Below are positions 25,121-34,519 of a DNA stretch of 40,000 nt, piece after piece. The translations under genes were made by a program, and so were the position numbers. Every line of letters starts with the position of its first letter. The first letter of the stretch is position 1. The notes below the pieces were generated by a model. That model had not been told where the DNA came from and did not search any database. It saw nothing but the letters and a program-made list of their open reading frames with translations. Source of the stretch: Thermoplasmata archaeon (GTDB taxonomy: Archaea > Thermoplasmatota > Thermoplasmata > GCA-020350865); the NCBI GenBank assembly GCA_020348445.1, contig CP070751.1:2820209-2860208 (forward strand), given 5' to 3'.

Positions 25121-28100
25121 ATGATCGCCAAAACTACGAAAAGTGGAGCAAAAAGAGCAATTACGATATTCTTAGTGGCTGTGCTCATGCTCGGTGGTTT
25201 TGTTATAAACCCTTTTGGTTTTCTCAAATTTCAGGATAATGCACAGGGGACGTCAATGACCGTCTTTTTTGAGGACTTCGACAGTGGAACTGGTTCATTG
25301 CCATGGATAGGATCAAGTGGCATATGGACCGATCCCGTGAACTATCCCTCGGGCTTTGGATTTAGCAACTGGGAGGTTGTTATGGATGCATCGGCTCCAA
25401 GTCCCACAAACTGCCTTTACAGCGGACCCGAACAGGAAGGATTTTATGATCCTGCAGGATGGTACTACGGCACTTGTACAAACGCGGAAACCCCCACAAT
25501 AGACCTTCAAAATGCCTCGAGTGCCACCTTGACTTTCATGCATAGATACAATTTTCCTGGGACCTCCTACCTAGGATCAGATGACGGAACCGGATTTGCA
25601 TTTGGTGATGGAGGGATGGTGTTCATTTCTACAGATTTTGGTGGCACCTGGGATTATATCGAGCCCGAGGAGAAATATACAGGTTATGTGGGGGGACAAC
25701 CCACCTGGTATATTCATCCTGTATTCGGTATCTTGGGTGGTATGAATCCGTACGAACCATTTGGGGATCATGATGAACTTTACGATCTTTCTGGAGGGGG
25801 GGGACCCTATCAATTGCTTCTTGCATCAGAAGGCGGCGGAGCATATGTTGATTTTGCTGGTGGATGGATGCCTGCCACCTTCGATCTAAGCGATTATGTG
25901 GGATATGAGGTGATAATCAGTTTCAGATACACACAAAATTGGGAGGATCAGTTTGGGACTGATACCTGGTGGTACATTGATGATGTTAGGGTGGAAAAGG
26001 AGATAATCGACGGTCCTCGGATACAGGTGGTTGGAAGCGATTCGCAGATAGTTAACCAGGGTGAAACGTTTTCCTATATACTTGAAATAACGAACTGGAA
26101 GAATGTTGCTGATTGGATAGATGTAAATTATTTTTCGACCATGGGATGGACAATAGAGCTTCTGAATTACACTACAAATGCGCCCCTTACTGACGACGGC
26201 GGCATCGTGGGTCTTGTGGACATAGGCTGGCTTGGACCTGAGGATTGGATTTGGATAAGGGTCAATGTAACAGTTCCTGCAGGTGAAGATTGGGATGTAG
26301 AGGATATAACATCCGTTATCGCCACCTCTGCGCAAACTCCGAACAAATCCTCAACAGAGGAGTTATTTACCTCAACACCTGCTCCTGATGTTGGTGTGAT
26401 TAGAGTAACGATTCCCCCTGACAGACCGCCGGGAATCAGCATAGATATATCAGCTGTAATTCATAATTGGGGCACTGAACCTGCAACCTTCTATGTCCAA
26501 TGTACAGTGGAAGGCTCGCTTTTAATTCAGCCCCCCGTGTACAACCAGACAGGATATGAGAGCCTGTATAATGTTGTTGTGGACCTTGCTCCAGATGGAG
26601 AAGTGACCCTATTTTGGAACTTTACACCCGAAATTGAAAGCCCGTATACTATAACAATAACCACATTACTTGACATCGATCAGAATCCTGCAAATAACCG
26701 GTCCTCTGGCATATGTTACGTTCAATCCAAGTTCTGGACCTGGAACGACATCCCGGACGGCGACGATGACAGCGAATTCGATCTCTGGGATAGCGGTGCC
26801 GGCACGGTCTGGGAATGGGGAAATCCCACTATTCCAGGCCCGTCATCTGCTTACGAAGGTGTAAATTGTTGGGGAACAGATTTAAATGCAGCCTATATGG
26901 ACAACACGGGCTGCATGCTCTACACACGCTCCTTCGATTTTTCATCTGCTACATCTGTCACCATTTCATTTTGGCATTGGTACGATATTCATGGAACCGG
27001 TGGCCCACCCAATAGGGACTGGGGGTATTTCTCTTATGATCTCGACTCCGATATAGGTGACTATATCATCCCTGAAATCGATGCATATCAATCAACCTCA
27101 GGTGGTTGGGTGCAGGACACCTACGATGTCAGCTCAATCGCAGTGGGTCAATCTTTCTTCAGATTTGTTTGGTATCTCGAAGAGATAGGGAACTTTGACC
27201 CTGATCATGCAGGATGGTATGTCGATAACATTACCGTGTACGCCTCTATTCCTGCTGCTGAATTGAAAATCACCGAAATCCAGGATAATGATAGCGCAGG
27301 AAATGAGTTTATTGAGGTTTACAATGAAGGTAACTCAGATGCGCAATTGGCAGATTATGGGGTAAGCTTCGACGGTGGTGCAACTTGGATTGCGGGTAAT
27401 TGGTATGATGATTTAGGCCCTATCACAGTTTTAGCACCAGATGATTATGGATGGTTTGCACCCACTAATCCTGATTCATTAAATGATGAGGGTGGGGAGA
27501 TATTGATCGCCAATACCAGCGCTCTACCTCAGGGTTTGATTCATGATGAGATTAGATATGGCCAAAAGGGACTGGTGCCTGATCCAATAACTGGTAAATC
27601 TGTGGTAAGATGGTGGAACGGTGCCACTTACACCGACGATTGGGCAAGGGAACCGACATCCTCAATAGGATTTGCACATTGGGGTAACAAAACAGTTTAC
27701 AATCCCCTTGTTGTGATCAACGAGGTACACTTTAATCCAAGCACCCAAGAACGATTTATAGAGATTGTGTATGCCGGAAAGGCAGGGGATCCTGATGTAG
27801 ATATCACTGGTTGGGTTGTGGCTGTTGACGGCATACCATATACAATACCAGCAGGACCTTGGGAAACGAATCTTAATTTAACAAATAGATTGTATGTGAT
27901 CAACGAAACCATGGCGAACTCGGTTGGTTCGGAGATTTTTACATTTATGGATATGGCAGGTGACAATGTCTACCTTTACAACAGCACTGGCTCCCTTGTT
28001 GATATGGTAGGATGGAGCAATCCTCATACCCCAGGAACCTCAATTGTCAGGGTACCGGATGGCTTTGGCGTTACAATCGGTTTTGAGACCTTTGCTTTGG

Positions 28101-30757
28101 ATGGTTATGATGATCCCACCTCTATCGAGGCAGGATGGCAGTTTGTAAATAATCCCACAATGGGAATAATTGTCCTAGAAAAAGACCAGACCAAGGTGGG
28201 GGATCTGGGTGATACTATAATCTATATTCTCAGCCTGGCTAACGATGCCTATGGTGATATCATTGATATTCTCAATCAAACCTCTGGTGAGGGATGGTTG
28301 ATTGAATTGTACGGTCCTGATGGAATCACTATACTGGAAGATACGAACGGAAACGGTGTACCTGACACTGGCGTCTTGGGTCCTCTTTCACCCAACCAAA
28401 TCATTAACATAACAATAAAAATTATCATACCCCCACAGAGAGCGGGGAATCATATGGACACCATAATCACAGCGGTTCCAGAATACAATCAGAATGGCTC
28501 AGATATCGCTACATTGAGAACAGAAACCTACCCCCATATCGAAGTAGATAAATATGCTAGCCCCACCGAGATTTGGGTGAACGGAAGTGCACCGTCATAT
28601 ATCCCCCAGGAAACCACAATTACCCTGAAAGCCTGGGGTGCTGGGCTTGAGCAATTCCTGCAGTTTCCCCAGGATGTGGTTTTTGTAATTGACAAATCAT
28701 TGAGTATGGACACCAATGATCCGGATCCGGATGGCGGTGGACCCCGTCGGCCTGCACGGGTCGAGGCTGCCTGGGATTATGTAGACAATATGTCCCTACC
28801 AGATAGGGCTGCTGTGGTTAAATTCAGTGATAACTCAATTTTGGTGGATGGCCCTGATGATGTCCCTCCGTTTGGTGATAACGAGCAGACAGTATGGGAT
28901 CTCAGCTCTCAATATTCTGATATCAAGGACAACATAGATGAGTGCGGAGATGCATCAGGTGGAACCTCCATGGGATTTGGATTGGAAATCGCAGTGGATC
29001 AGCTCATAGCCAACGGAAATAGCAGCCACATACAGGTAATAATCGCTCTAACAGACGGTGAGACCTGGGATGCTACAAGGGCCTATGAGCAGGCAAAAAG
29101 GGCCCTTGATTATGGAATTAGAATCTATACAATCGGATTAGGTGATGGATTATTTGGTACAGGACTTCCAATTTGGTTTTTGGAGCATTTCATAGCCAAC
29201 ACCACAGGTGGAAAATATTATCCCGCTGCAACCCCCGAGGCATTGTTTGGAATATATGCACAGATAGGTCAGGAGATCAACGAGATAGCTGGTAAGCAAA
29301 TAGGCTTCGGCACCGAGAAGTACCTTATCCGGGATGTACTTCCACCCTGGATTCATCATGTTCCAGGAACATTCACGATTCCCCCTGATAACATCACTTT
29401 GAATACAACAGGCTACACCTGGTTGCAATGGGAAAAACAGTACATAACCATAAACGAGACATGGACCTGTTCGTTTAGAATAAGATCTGATATGGCAGGT
29501 ACTGTTGAAACCAACGATTTTATGAATTCCAGGGTAAAATACACCAACTGGAATAATCTCACTATAGAGGAGAGGTTCCCATATGAAATAACCGTCAATG
29601 TCAGGTCAACTATACCTGATCCTCCGCAGTTGAACATCGATTTTAACGGAACCAATATCATTCTGAGATGGATTCCCCCAGGCTCATTCAACAAGGATCA
29701 TTACTATATCTACAGGTCACCCACAAGGGATGATTTCGGGGATTTTGATTCACCTTGGATAAACACATCTTTTACTGCCGATCCTTTTGATCCACCTATA
29801 CCTGTTGGTGATCGCACTTCATGGAACGATACCACGGCTTCGACTTCAACTGAATATTATTACATAGTTAGAACAGTGGACCCCACAGGAAAAATAAGCT
29901 CTACATCGAACACGGTGGGAAAAATCAATTTCACGTTCCCAGAGGGAACAAGCACCTTTTCATTGCCATTGGAGCCAAGTTACGAGAGGAACGTAAGCTG
30001 GTATTTGGATCAGATAGGCTCAACCCCAACAGATTATATCAAATGGTGTGATCCTGCTACCCAGACTTGGGTGACTCATTACCTCAGTGACTCCGAAGGA
30101 ACTAATGATACTGTGATGAGGGTAGGCCAAGGTTATGAAATCCATCTTGCAGTTGAAACCAATTATTCTTTCGTGGGAAAACCCGCGTGCTCTATAAGAT
30201 TCCTTGAGAATCAGATGCCTAGGCCACAAAATTTCTTAGTAACTGTAAATGCCCAGAATGTATCTCTCTCTTGGAATCAAGTGCCAGGAGCCGATCATTA
30301 CATAATTTACAGGGCGACAACAAGAGAAGGACTAAATGATAAGGCACTTTCTTATGCAGTCGAAACAACTTCCTTATCGTGGAATGATTCTGATCCAAAA
30401 ACAAATATCGGAGGCAACGAGTTCTACTATGCAGTGGGTGCTGTTGATTCACCTTTGGCGCATACATGCTACAATACCACCTATTCAATTGGTGTTTGGA
30501 TAGGGGATTATCCTGCAGGTTACAGCGCATTTGGCCTGCCCGTAAATACCTTTGATTCTGATACAAAGACCATTGACTCCTATTGCGATGATATCCCAAA
30601 TACTGTTGGGATCAACTACTACCTTTTAGATGAAGACAGATGGGCATGGCACAGGTTCAATATGCCCAGCGGTGCCTACGATGAGGTCATGGGATATGCC
30701 AAGGGATACCAGTTGAGCACCTCTTCTTCTACCACCTATTATTATGTTGGAAAGTAA
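25121..30757 (+). CDS. Large secreted multidomain protein (1878 aa): 2 jelly-roll (InhA/MAM-like) modules, NEW3/CARDB Ig repeats, 2 lamin-tail domains, vWA, 2x(FN3 plus C-terminal module)
   Basis: Signal peptide ending NAQG. Jelly-roll ends YIDDVRV and YVDNITV. LTD motifs ITEI..EFIEVYN and INEV..FIEI. vWA MIDAS DKSLS..GGT..TDG. Ca-binding-like DTNGNGVPD. No C-terminal TM helix. Confidence 0.88.
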   Translation: MIAKTTKSGAKRAITIFLVAVLMLGGFVINPFGFLKFQDNAQGTSMTVFFEDFDSGTGSLPWIGSSGIWTDPVNYPSGFGFSNWEVVMDASAPSPTNCLYSGPEQEGFYDPAGWYYGTCTNAETPTIDLQNASSATLTFMHRYNFPGTSYLGSDDGTGFAFGDGGMVFISTDFGGTWDYIEPEEKYTGYVGGQPTWYIHPVFGILGGMNPYEPFGDHDELYDLSGGGGPYQLLLASEGGGAYVDFAGGWMPATFDLSDYVGYEVIISFRYTQNWEDQFGTDTWWYIDDVRVEKEIIDGPRIQVVGSDSQIVNQGETFSYILEITNWKNVADWIDVNYFSTMGWTIELLNYTTNAPLTDDGGIVGLVDIGWLGPEDWIWIRVNVTVPAGEDWDVEDITSVIATSAQTPNKSSTEELFTSTPAPDVGVIRVTIPPDRPPGISIDISAVIHNWGTEPATFYVQCTVEGSLLIQPPVYNQTGYESLYNVVVDLAPDGEVTLFWNFTPEIESPYTITITTLLDIDQNPANNRSSGICYVQSKFWTWNDIPDGDDDSEFDLWDSGAGTVWEWGNPTIPGPSSAYEGVNCWGTDLNAAYMDNTGCMLYTRSFDFSSATSVTISFWHWYDIHGTGGPPNRDWGYFSYDLDSDIGDYIIPEIDAYQSTSGGWVQDTYDVSSIAVGQSFFRFVWYLEEIGNFDPDHAGWYVDNITVYASIPAAELKITEIQDNDSAGNEFIEVYNEGNSDAQLADYGVSFDGGATWIAGNWYDDLGPITVLAPDDYGWFAPTNPDSLNDEGGEILIANTSALPQGLIHDEIRYGQKGLVPDPITGKSVVRWWNGATYTDDWAREPTSSIGFAHWGNKTVYNPLVVINEVHFNPSTQERFIEIVYAGKAGDPDVDITGWVVAVDGIPYTIPAGPWETNLNLTNRLYVINETMANSVGSEIFTFMDMAGDNVYLYNSTGSLVDMVGWSNPHTPGTSIVRVPDGFGVTIGFETFALDGYDDPTSIEAGWQFVNNPTMGIIVLEKDQTKVGDLGDTIIYILSLANDAYGDIIDILNQTSGEGWLIELYGPDGITILEDTNGNGVPDTGVLGPLSPNQIINITIKIIIPPQRAGNHMDTIITAVPEYNQNGSDIATLRTETYPHIEVDKYASPTEIWVNGSAPSYIPQETTITLKAWGAGLEQFLQFPQDVVFVIDKSLSMDTNDPDPDGGGPRRPARVEAAWDYVDNMSLPDRAAVVKFSDNSILVDGPDDVPPFGDNEQTVWDLSSQYSDIKDNIDECGDASGGTSMGFGLEIAVDQLIANGNSSHIQVIIALTDGETWDATRAYEQAKRALDYGIRIYTIGLGDGLFGTGLPIWFLEHFIANTTGGKYYPAATPEALFGIYAQIGQEINEIAGKQIGFGTEKYLIRDVLPPWIHHVPGTFTIPPDNITLNTTGYTWLQWEKQYITINETWTCSFRIRSDMAGTVETNDFMNSRVKYTNWNNLTIEERFPYEITVNVRSTIPDPPQLNIDFNGTNIILRWIPPGSFNKDHYYIYRSPTRDDFGDFDSPWINTSFTADPFDPPIPVGDRTSWNDTTASTSTEYYYIVRTVDPTGKISSTSNTVGKINFTFPEGTSTFSLPLEPSYERNVSWYLDQIGSTPTDYIKWCDPATQTWVTHYLSDSEGTNDTVMRVGQGYEIHLAVETNYSFVGKPACSIRFLENQMPRPQNFLVTVNAQNVSLSWNQVPGADHYIIYRATTREGLNDKALSYAVETTSLSWNDSDPKTNIGGNEFYYAVGAVDSPLAHTCYNTTYSIGVWIGDYPAGYSAFGLPVNTFDSDTKTIDSYCDDIPNTVGINYYLLDEDRWAWHRFNMPSGAYDEVMGYAKGYQLSTSSSTTYYYVGK

Positions 30758-30813
30758 ATGAAAGTTTTCCTGATGAACAAAACGTGAATAATACAAACAT
30801 TTTTATTTATCCT

Positions 30814-30838
30814 ACCGCTTTTTGGTGCAAAATGCGGT
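30814..30838 (+). promoter_or_regulatory. Hairpin overlapping the thrS ribosome-binding site (putative)
   Basis: ACCGC(30814-18) pairs with GCGGT(30834-38) and TTTT pairs with AAAA around GGTGC. The 3' arm overlaps the GGTGA RBS at 30836-30840. Confidence 0.3.
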
Positions 30839-30846
30839 GAGCCAAA

Positions 30847-32709
30847 ATGAGGTTGCTGTTCATCCACTCTGACTTCATGGAATTCGAATCTAAAAAGAAG
30901 ACGAAGTTCGCAGAGGAACTGAAAGATGATACAAAAAAACATAGGGTAGAGGAAGCACTTGTGATTTTCACGTCCGTGGAAAAGCAGGATGAGGGTTCCA
31001 AGGAAGAGGTTGTAAGGCAGTATATCGAGAATCTTAAGGATATCTCAGATCAGGTTCAGACAAATAGGATTCTCATTTATCCGTATGTTCATCTCACAAG
31101 CTCTCCTTCCAGGCCTGAATTTGCCAGGGATTTGGTTATAGAATTGGAAAATAGGGTAAAGGAGGAGGGCTTCGAGGTAACGAGAGCTCCCTTTGGATGG
31201 TACAAGAGCTTTATTATTTCTGCAAAGGGCCATCCCCTCTCTGAACTGTCCAGGGAGATTAGGATCGAAGAGGAAATTGAAGGTGAAGAGGAAGAGAAAT
31301 TTCCTGAGGCCCTGACCAAGGAAAAGGAACTGCACTCAACTTGGTACGTCTTGACTCCCGAAGGTGATTTGACAAATGCAAAGGAATTCGATTTTTCTGA
31401 TAACCAGGAGCTTGCGACCTTCTACAAATACGAAATAGGCAAGGACAGGGCCTCAAAAGGGGATCCTCCACACGTTAAGCTTATGCAGGAGCTGGAGCTC
31501 GTAGATTATGAGCCAGGCTCCGATTCAGGTAATTTCAGATGGTATCCCAAAGGATATCTCATAAAGAAACTGCTTGAGAGGCATTCTGCTGAGATGCTGA
31601 GAGAATACGGGGCCATGCAGGTTGAAACTCCTGTTATGTACGACTTTGCCCATCCGCAGCTCAGCAAGTATCTGAACAGGTTCCCAGCAAGGCAGTACCT
31701 GGTAAAATCGGACGAGAAAAATTACTTTTTAAGATTCGCGGCATGCTTTGGCCAGTACCTCATGGGTCAGGACATGACCATATCATATAAACACTTACCC
31801 TTGAAGCTTTACGAGCTCACGCATTACAGTTTCAGAAGGGAGCAGAGCGGGGAGCTTTCAGGACTTAGGAGGCTTCGGGCCTTCACTATGCCGGATATGC
31901 ACACCCTCTGCAAGGACCTTCCACAGGCTAAATTGGAGTTCATGCGGCAGTATGAGCTGAGCATGAGATGGATGAAGGATATCAGCGTGGACTACGAGGT
32001 GGCATTGCGCTTTGTCAAGGATTTCTATTTCGAAAACGAAGATTTTGCATTGGAACTTGCAAAGAAGATAGGAAAACCCATACTCGTGGAATTGTGGGAG
32101 GAGAGGTTCTTTTATTTTATCATGAAGTTCGAGTTCTCAGTAAACGATTTCCTTGGTAATTCAGCAACCTTATCAACTGTCCAAATCGATGTTGAGAACG
32201 CTGAGCTCTTTGGTATAAGCTATGTGGATTCCGATGGAACTAAAAAGCATCCCCTACTCCTACATACGAGCATCCCAGGTGCAATTGACAGGGACCTTTA
32301 TGCGATTTTGGAGAGAGAGGCAATAAAAATGAAAAAGGGAGAAAAGGCGGAACTGCCCTTCTGGCTCTCTCCAACACAGGTGAGACTTATACCTGTCACT
32401 GAGGAGTTCATCGAGGATTGCGATTATCTAGCAAATGAGCTTCCTGCCAGGGTGGATATCGACGACAGAGACGAGAAAGTTGGAAGGAAGATCAGAGATG
32501 CTGAGAAGGAATGGATCAACATAATCGTGGTCTTTGGTCAGAAAGAGAAGGAGAGCGGAAAACTGCCTGTGAGGTTAAGAAGCGGGGAGATTACAGATTT
32601 TACTGTTGACGAGCTTAAAAAAGAGATAAAACAGAAGCTATCCGGTTATCCTTTCGAGGGGCTTACCCTTCCTAGGTTATTGAGTAAAAGGCCGATTTTT
32701 AGGGGTTAA
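30847..32709 (+). CDS. thrS: Threonine--tRNA ligase, archaeal type with N-terminal editing domain
   Basis: MRLLFIHSD, YPYVHL, APFGWYKSF..KGHPLSELSR, LRFAACFG, FRREQSGEL.GLRRLRAFTMPDMHT, QIDVEN, WLSPTQVR. Confidence 0.97.
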   Translation: MRLLFIHSDFMEFESKKKTKFAEELKDDTKKHRVEEALVIFTSVEKQDEGSKEEVVRQYIENLKDISDQVQTNRILIYPYVHLTSSPSRPEFARDLVIELENRVKEEGFEVTRAPFGWYKSFIISAKGHPLSELSREIRIEEEIEGEEEEKFPEALTKEKELHSTWYVLTPEGDLTNAKEFDFSDNQELATFYKYEIGKDRASKGDPPHVKLMQELELVDYEPGSDSGNFRWYPKGYLIKKLLERHSAEMLREYGAMQVETPVMYDFAHPQLSKYLNRFPARQYLVKSDEKNYFLRFAACFGQYLMGQDMTISYKHLPLKLYELTHYSFRREQSGELSGLRRLRAFTMPDMHTLCKDLPQAKLEFMRQYELSMRWMKDISVDYEVALRFVKDFYFENEDFALELAKKIGKPILVELWEERFFYFIMKFEFSVNDFLGNSATLSTVQIDVENAELFGISYVDSDGTKKHPLLLHTSIPGAIDRDLYAILEREAIKMKKGEKAELPFWLSPTQVRLIPVTEEFIEDCDYLANELPARVDIDDRDEKVGRKIRDAEKEWINIIVVFGQKEKESGKLPVRLRSGEITDFTVDELKKEIKQKLSGYPFEGLTLPRLLSKRPIFRG

Positions 32710-32726
32710 AAAAAATAAATTGCATT

Positions 32727-33155
32727 CTATTTCTTTGTCTTCTTCTTGGTATCCTTGGCCTTGGTCGTCTTTTTCTTTGCCTCAGTTTTTTTTGCCTTGG
32801 ACGGCTTTGCCTTTGCAGCCCCTTTCTTTTTGGGCTTTTCCGCCTTTTTCTTCTTGGGTGCTGCCTTCTTCGTTTTTACACTCTTCACAGCCTTGTCGAA
32901 CTCCTTTTTCAGCTGCTTGACCTCCACCTCAAGGCTCTCTGCTGCCTTTTTTACGGCTGTCTCTGGGCTCACCCTCTTGGTTTTCACGGTCAACCTGGGT
33001 TTATCGAGCTGCGGGTGGCCGGTCTTGTATGCCGCCAAAAGCACATCCTCATCAGTGAGCAGTACGTCAACCAATGGATGCACGATGGTCTCTTTTACAT
33101 CTGTAAATTCGATGACAACGAGCTTCTTGTCCTTTGATATCAAGTTCAGTTCCAA
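32727..33155 (-). CDS. rpoL: DNA-directed RNA polymerase subunit L (Rpo11) with Lys/Ala-rich C-terminal extension
   Basis: Residues 1-93 match RpoL (ETIVHPL..L..DEDVLLAAYKTGHPQLDKP.L.VKT). Residues 94-142 contain 26 Lys in 49 aa. TTG start with GGGGGA RBS. Confidence 0.85.
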   Translation of the reverse strand: MELNLISKDKKLVVIEFTDVKETIVHPLVDVLLTDEDVLLAAYKTGHPQLDKPRLTVKTKRVSPETAVKKAAESLEVEVKQLKKEFDKAVKSVKTKKAAPKKKKAEKPKKKGAAKAKPSKAKKTEAKKKTTKAKDTKKKTKK

Positions 33156-33250
33156 ATGAAATTCCCCCTTTTTTGGAAATTCGCATCGTTATAGCACGGG
33201 TTGTTTTTATATTTTCCTGTCTTTTTATTAAAAGATCTGATACTTACCAC

Positions 33251-33733
33251 CTAGGACAATGCCTCCAGGACCATTTTCAGGGCTTCGGATGCGGCCTGCG
33301 CCTTGATTTCTTGTCTTTTACCTTCGAAACGAAACTCTCTAACCATGGTGGGCTTGTTCGAGGCAAGGCCGATATAGACCAATCCGACAGGCTTTGTGGG
33401 GGTTTCACCACCTGGACCCGCAATTCCTGTGGATGCGAGGCAAAAATCGGAATTTGATATATTTTTAACGCCTTCTGCCATTGCCTTTGCCGTTTCCCTG
33501 CTCACTGCCCCAAAGCTCTCCAGAATGAGCTTTGGCACGCCGAGAAGCTGGATTTTTGAGGTATTACTGTAAACCACCACCCCCCTGTCAAAATAGTCGG
33601 AGCTTCCAGGTATGTTGGTTATGCGGTGGGAAATCAAGCCTCCAGTGCATGATTCTGCCACAGATATCCTGTATTTTTTGCTCCTCAGAGCATCCCCTAT
33701 CTGTTTCTCCAGACTCTCCTCTTCTTCGCCCAA
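33251..33733 (-). CDS. cinA: CinA C-terminal domain protein / NMN deamidase (PncC)
   Basis: VAESCTGGLIS, PGSSDYF, YSNTSK..LLGV, GAVSRETAKAMAEG, STGIAGPGG. TTG start with GGGAGGT RBS. Confidence 0.92.
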   Translation of the reverse strand: MGEEEESLEKQIGDALRSKKYRISVAESCTGGLISHRITNIPGSSDYFDRGVVVYSNTSKIQLLGVPKLILESFGAVSRETAKAMAEGVKNISNSDFCLASTGIAGPGGETPTKPVGLVYIGLASNKPTMVREFRFEGKRQEIKAQAASEALKMVLEALS

Positions 33734-33745
33734 AATAATACCTCC

Positions 33746-34252
33746 CTATTTAGATGCAAGATCCAATAATCTCTTTTCACCATTTATTTCATCTATTACA
33801 ATGGCCACTTCCCCTGGTACGAGATTTCTCCATTCCTCCCCTTCCATTATCCTTCTCCTTATCTCTGTTCCCGAATATCTTTCGGGCTCAAAAAGATCCA
33901 ATTCCACGACCTGAAAGCCACCTTCCTTAAACAGGCGTATACTCAGGGGATTGTGTGCATATACGCAATCGAATTTCGGGGATTGTGACACCACATGGGC
34001 CACCCATGCGGCATACCTGTGCAAATCCTCAATGGTGACGATGTGGTAGTTCTCGATGCCCTCATTAGAAAGGCTTCTGGAAATCATTGTATACCTTTCC
34101 CCAGCCGTGAATGGATTCTCCAGAGTATGGCTGTACTGGGCACTGCCCATGGCAATTACCAGGTATTCAGCATCCTTTGCAATATCCCTTATCATCTTTA
34201 AATGACCGCAGTGAAAAGGCTGAAACCTCCCAAGAAACAACGCCCTCATCAT
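33746..34252 (-). CDS. nadM: Nicotinamide-nucleotide adenylyltransferase (archaeal NMNAT)
   Basis: RALFLGRFQPFHCGH, GSAQYSHTLENPFTAGER, YSGTEIRRRI. Start is ATG 34252 or 34249. Confidence 0.93.
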   Translation of the reverse strand: MMRALFLGRFQPFHCGHLKMIRDIAKDAEYLVIAMGSAQYSHTLENPFTAGERYTMISRSLSNEGIENYHIVTIEDLHRYAAWVAHVVSQSPKFDCVYAHNPLSIRLFKEGGFQVVELDLFEPERYSGTEIRRRIMEGEEWRNLVPGEVAIVIDEINGEKRLLDLASK

Positions 34253-34254
34253 AA

Positions 34255-34455
34255 TCACTCATAATCGCTTAAATCATCTATCTCCAACATGAAATCTTCA
34301 AGGTGCTCGCAGGAAAGGGTGAGATATTTTCTGCAGTGCTCGCAGCATTTATCATCGAACTGTGCTTTCAGCTTGTCGTTGAATTCGTAGCATTCCCTGT
34401 CGCAGAACTCGTTTTCCTCGCCCATCCACTCGTATCCTTTGTTCCATTCTTCCAT
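34255..34455 (-). CDS. Small acidic Cys-rich protein (66 aa)
   Basis: Fills the gap between lonB and nadM on the same strand and abuts the nadM start. Six Cys: CDREC, CCEHC, SCEH. Confidence 0.7.
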   Translation of the reverse strand: MEEWNKGYEWMGEENEFCDRECYEFNDKLKAQFDDKCCEHCRKYLTLSCEHLEDFMLEIDDLSDYE

Positions 34456-34519
34456 TATCGGACACCTTCTTATTGACCCTCACAGCATATTAGCAAAAAA
34501 AGTTTTCGACCTGATTATT

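Noticed and set aside
32746-33159. Hydrophobic 137-aa plus-strand ORF (F/A/L-rich) resembling a membrane protein
   Set aside because: Antisense mirror of the Lys/Ala-rich rpoL codons (AAA/AAG read as TTT/CTT).
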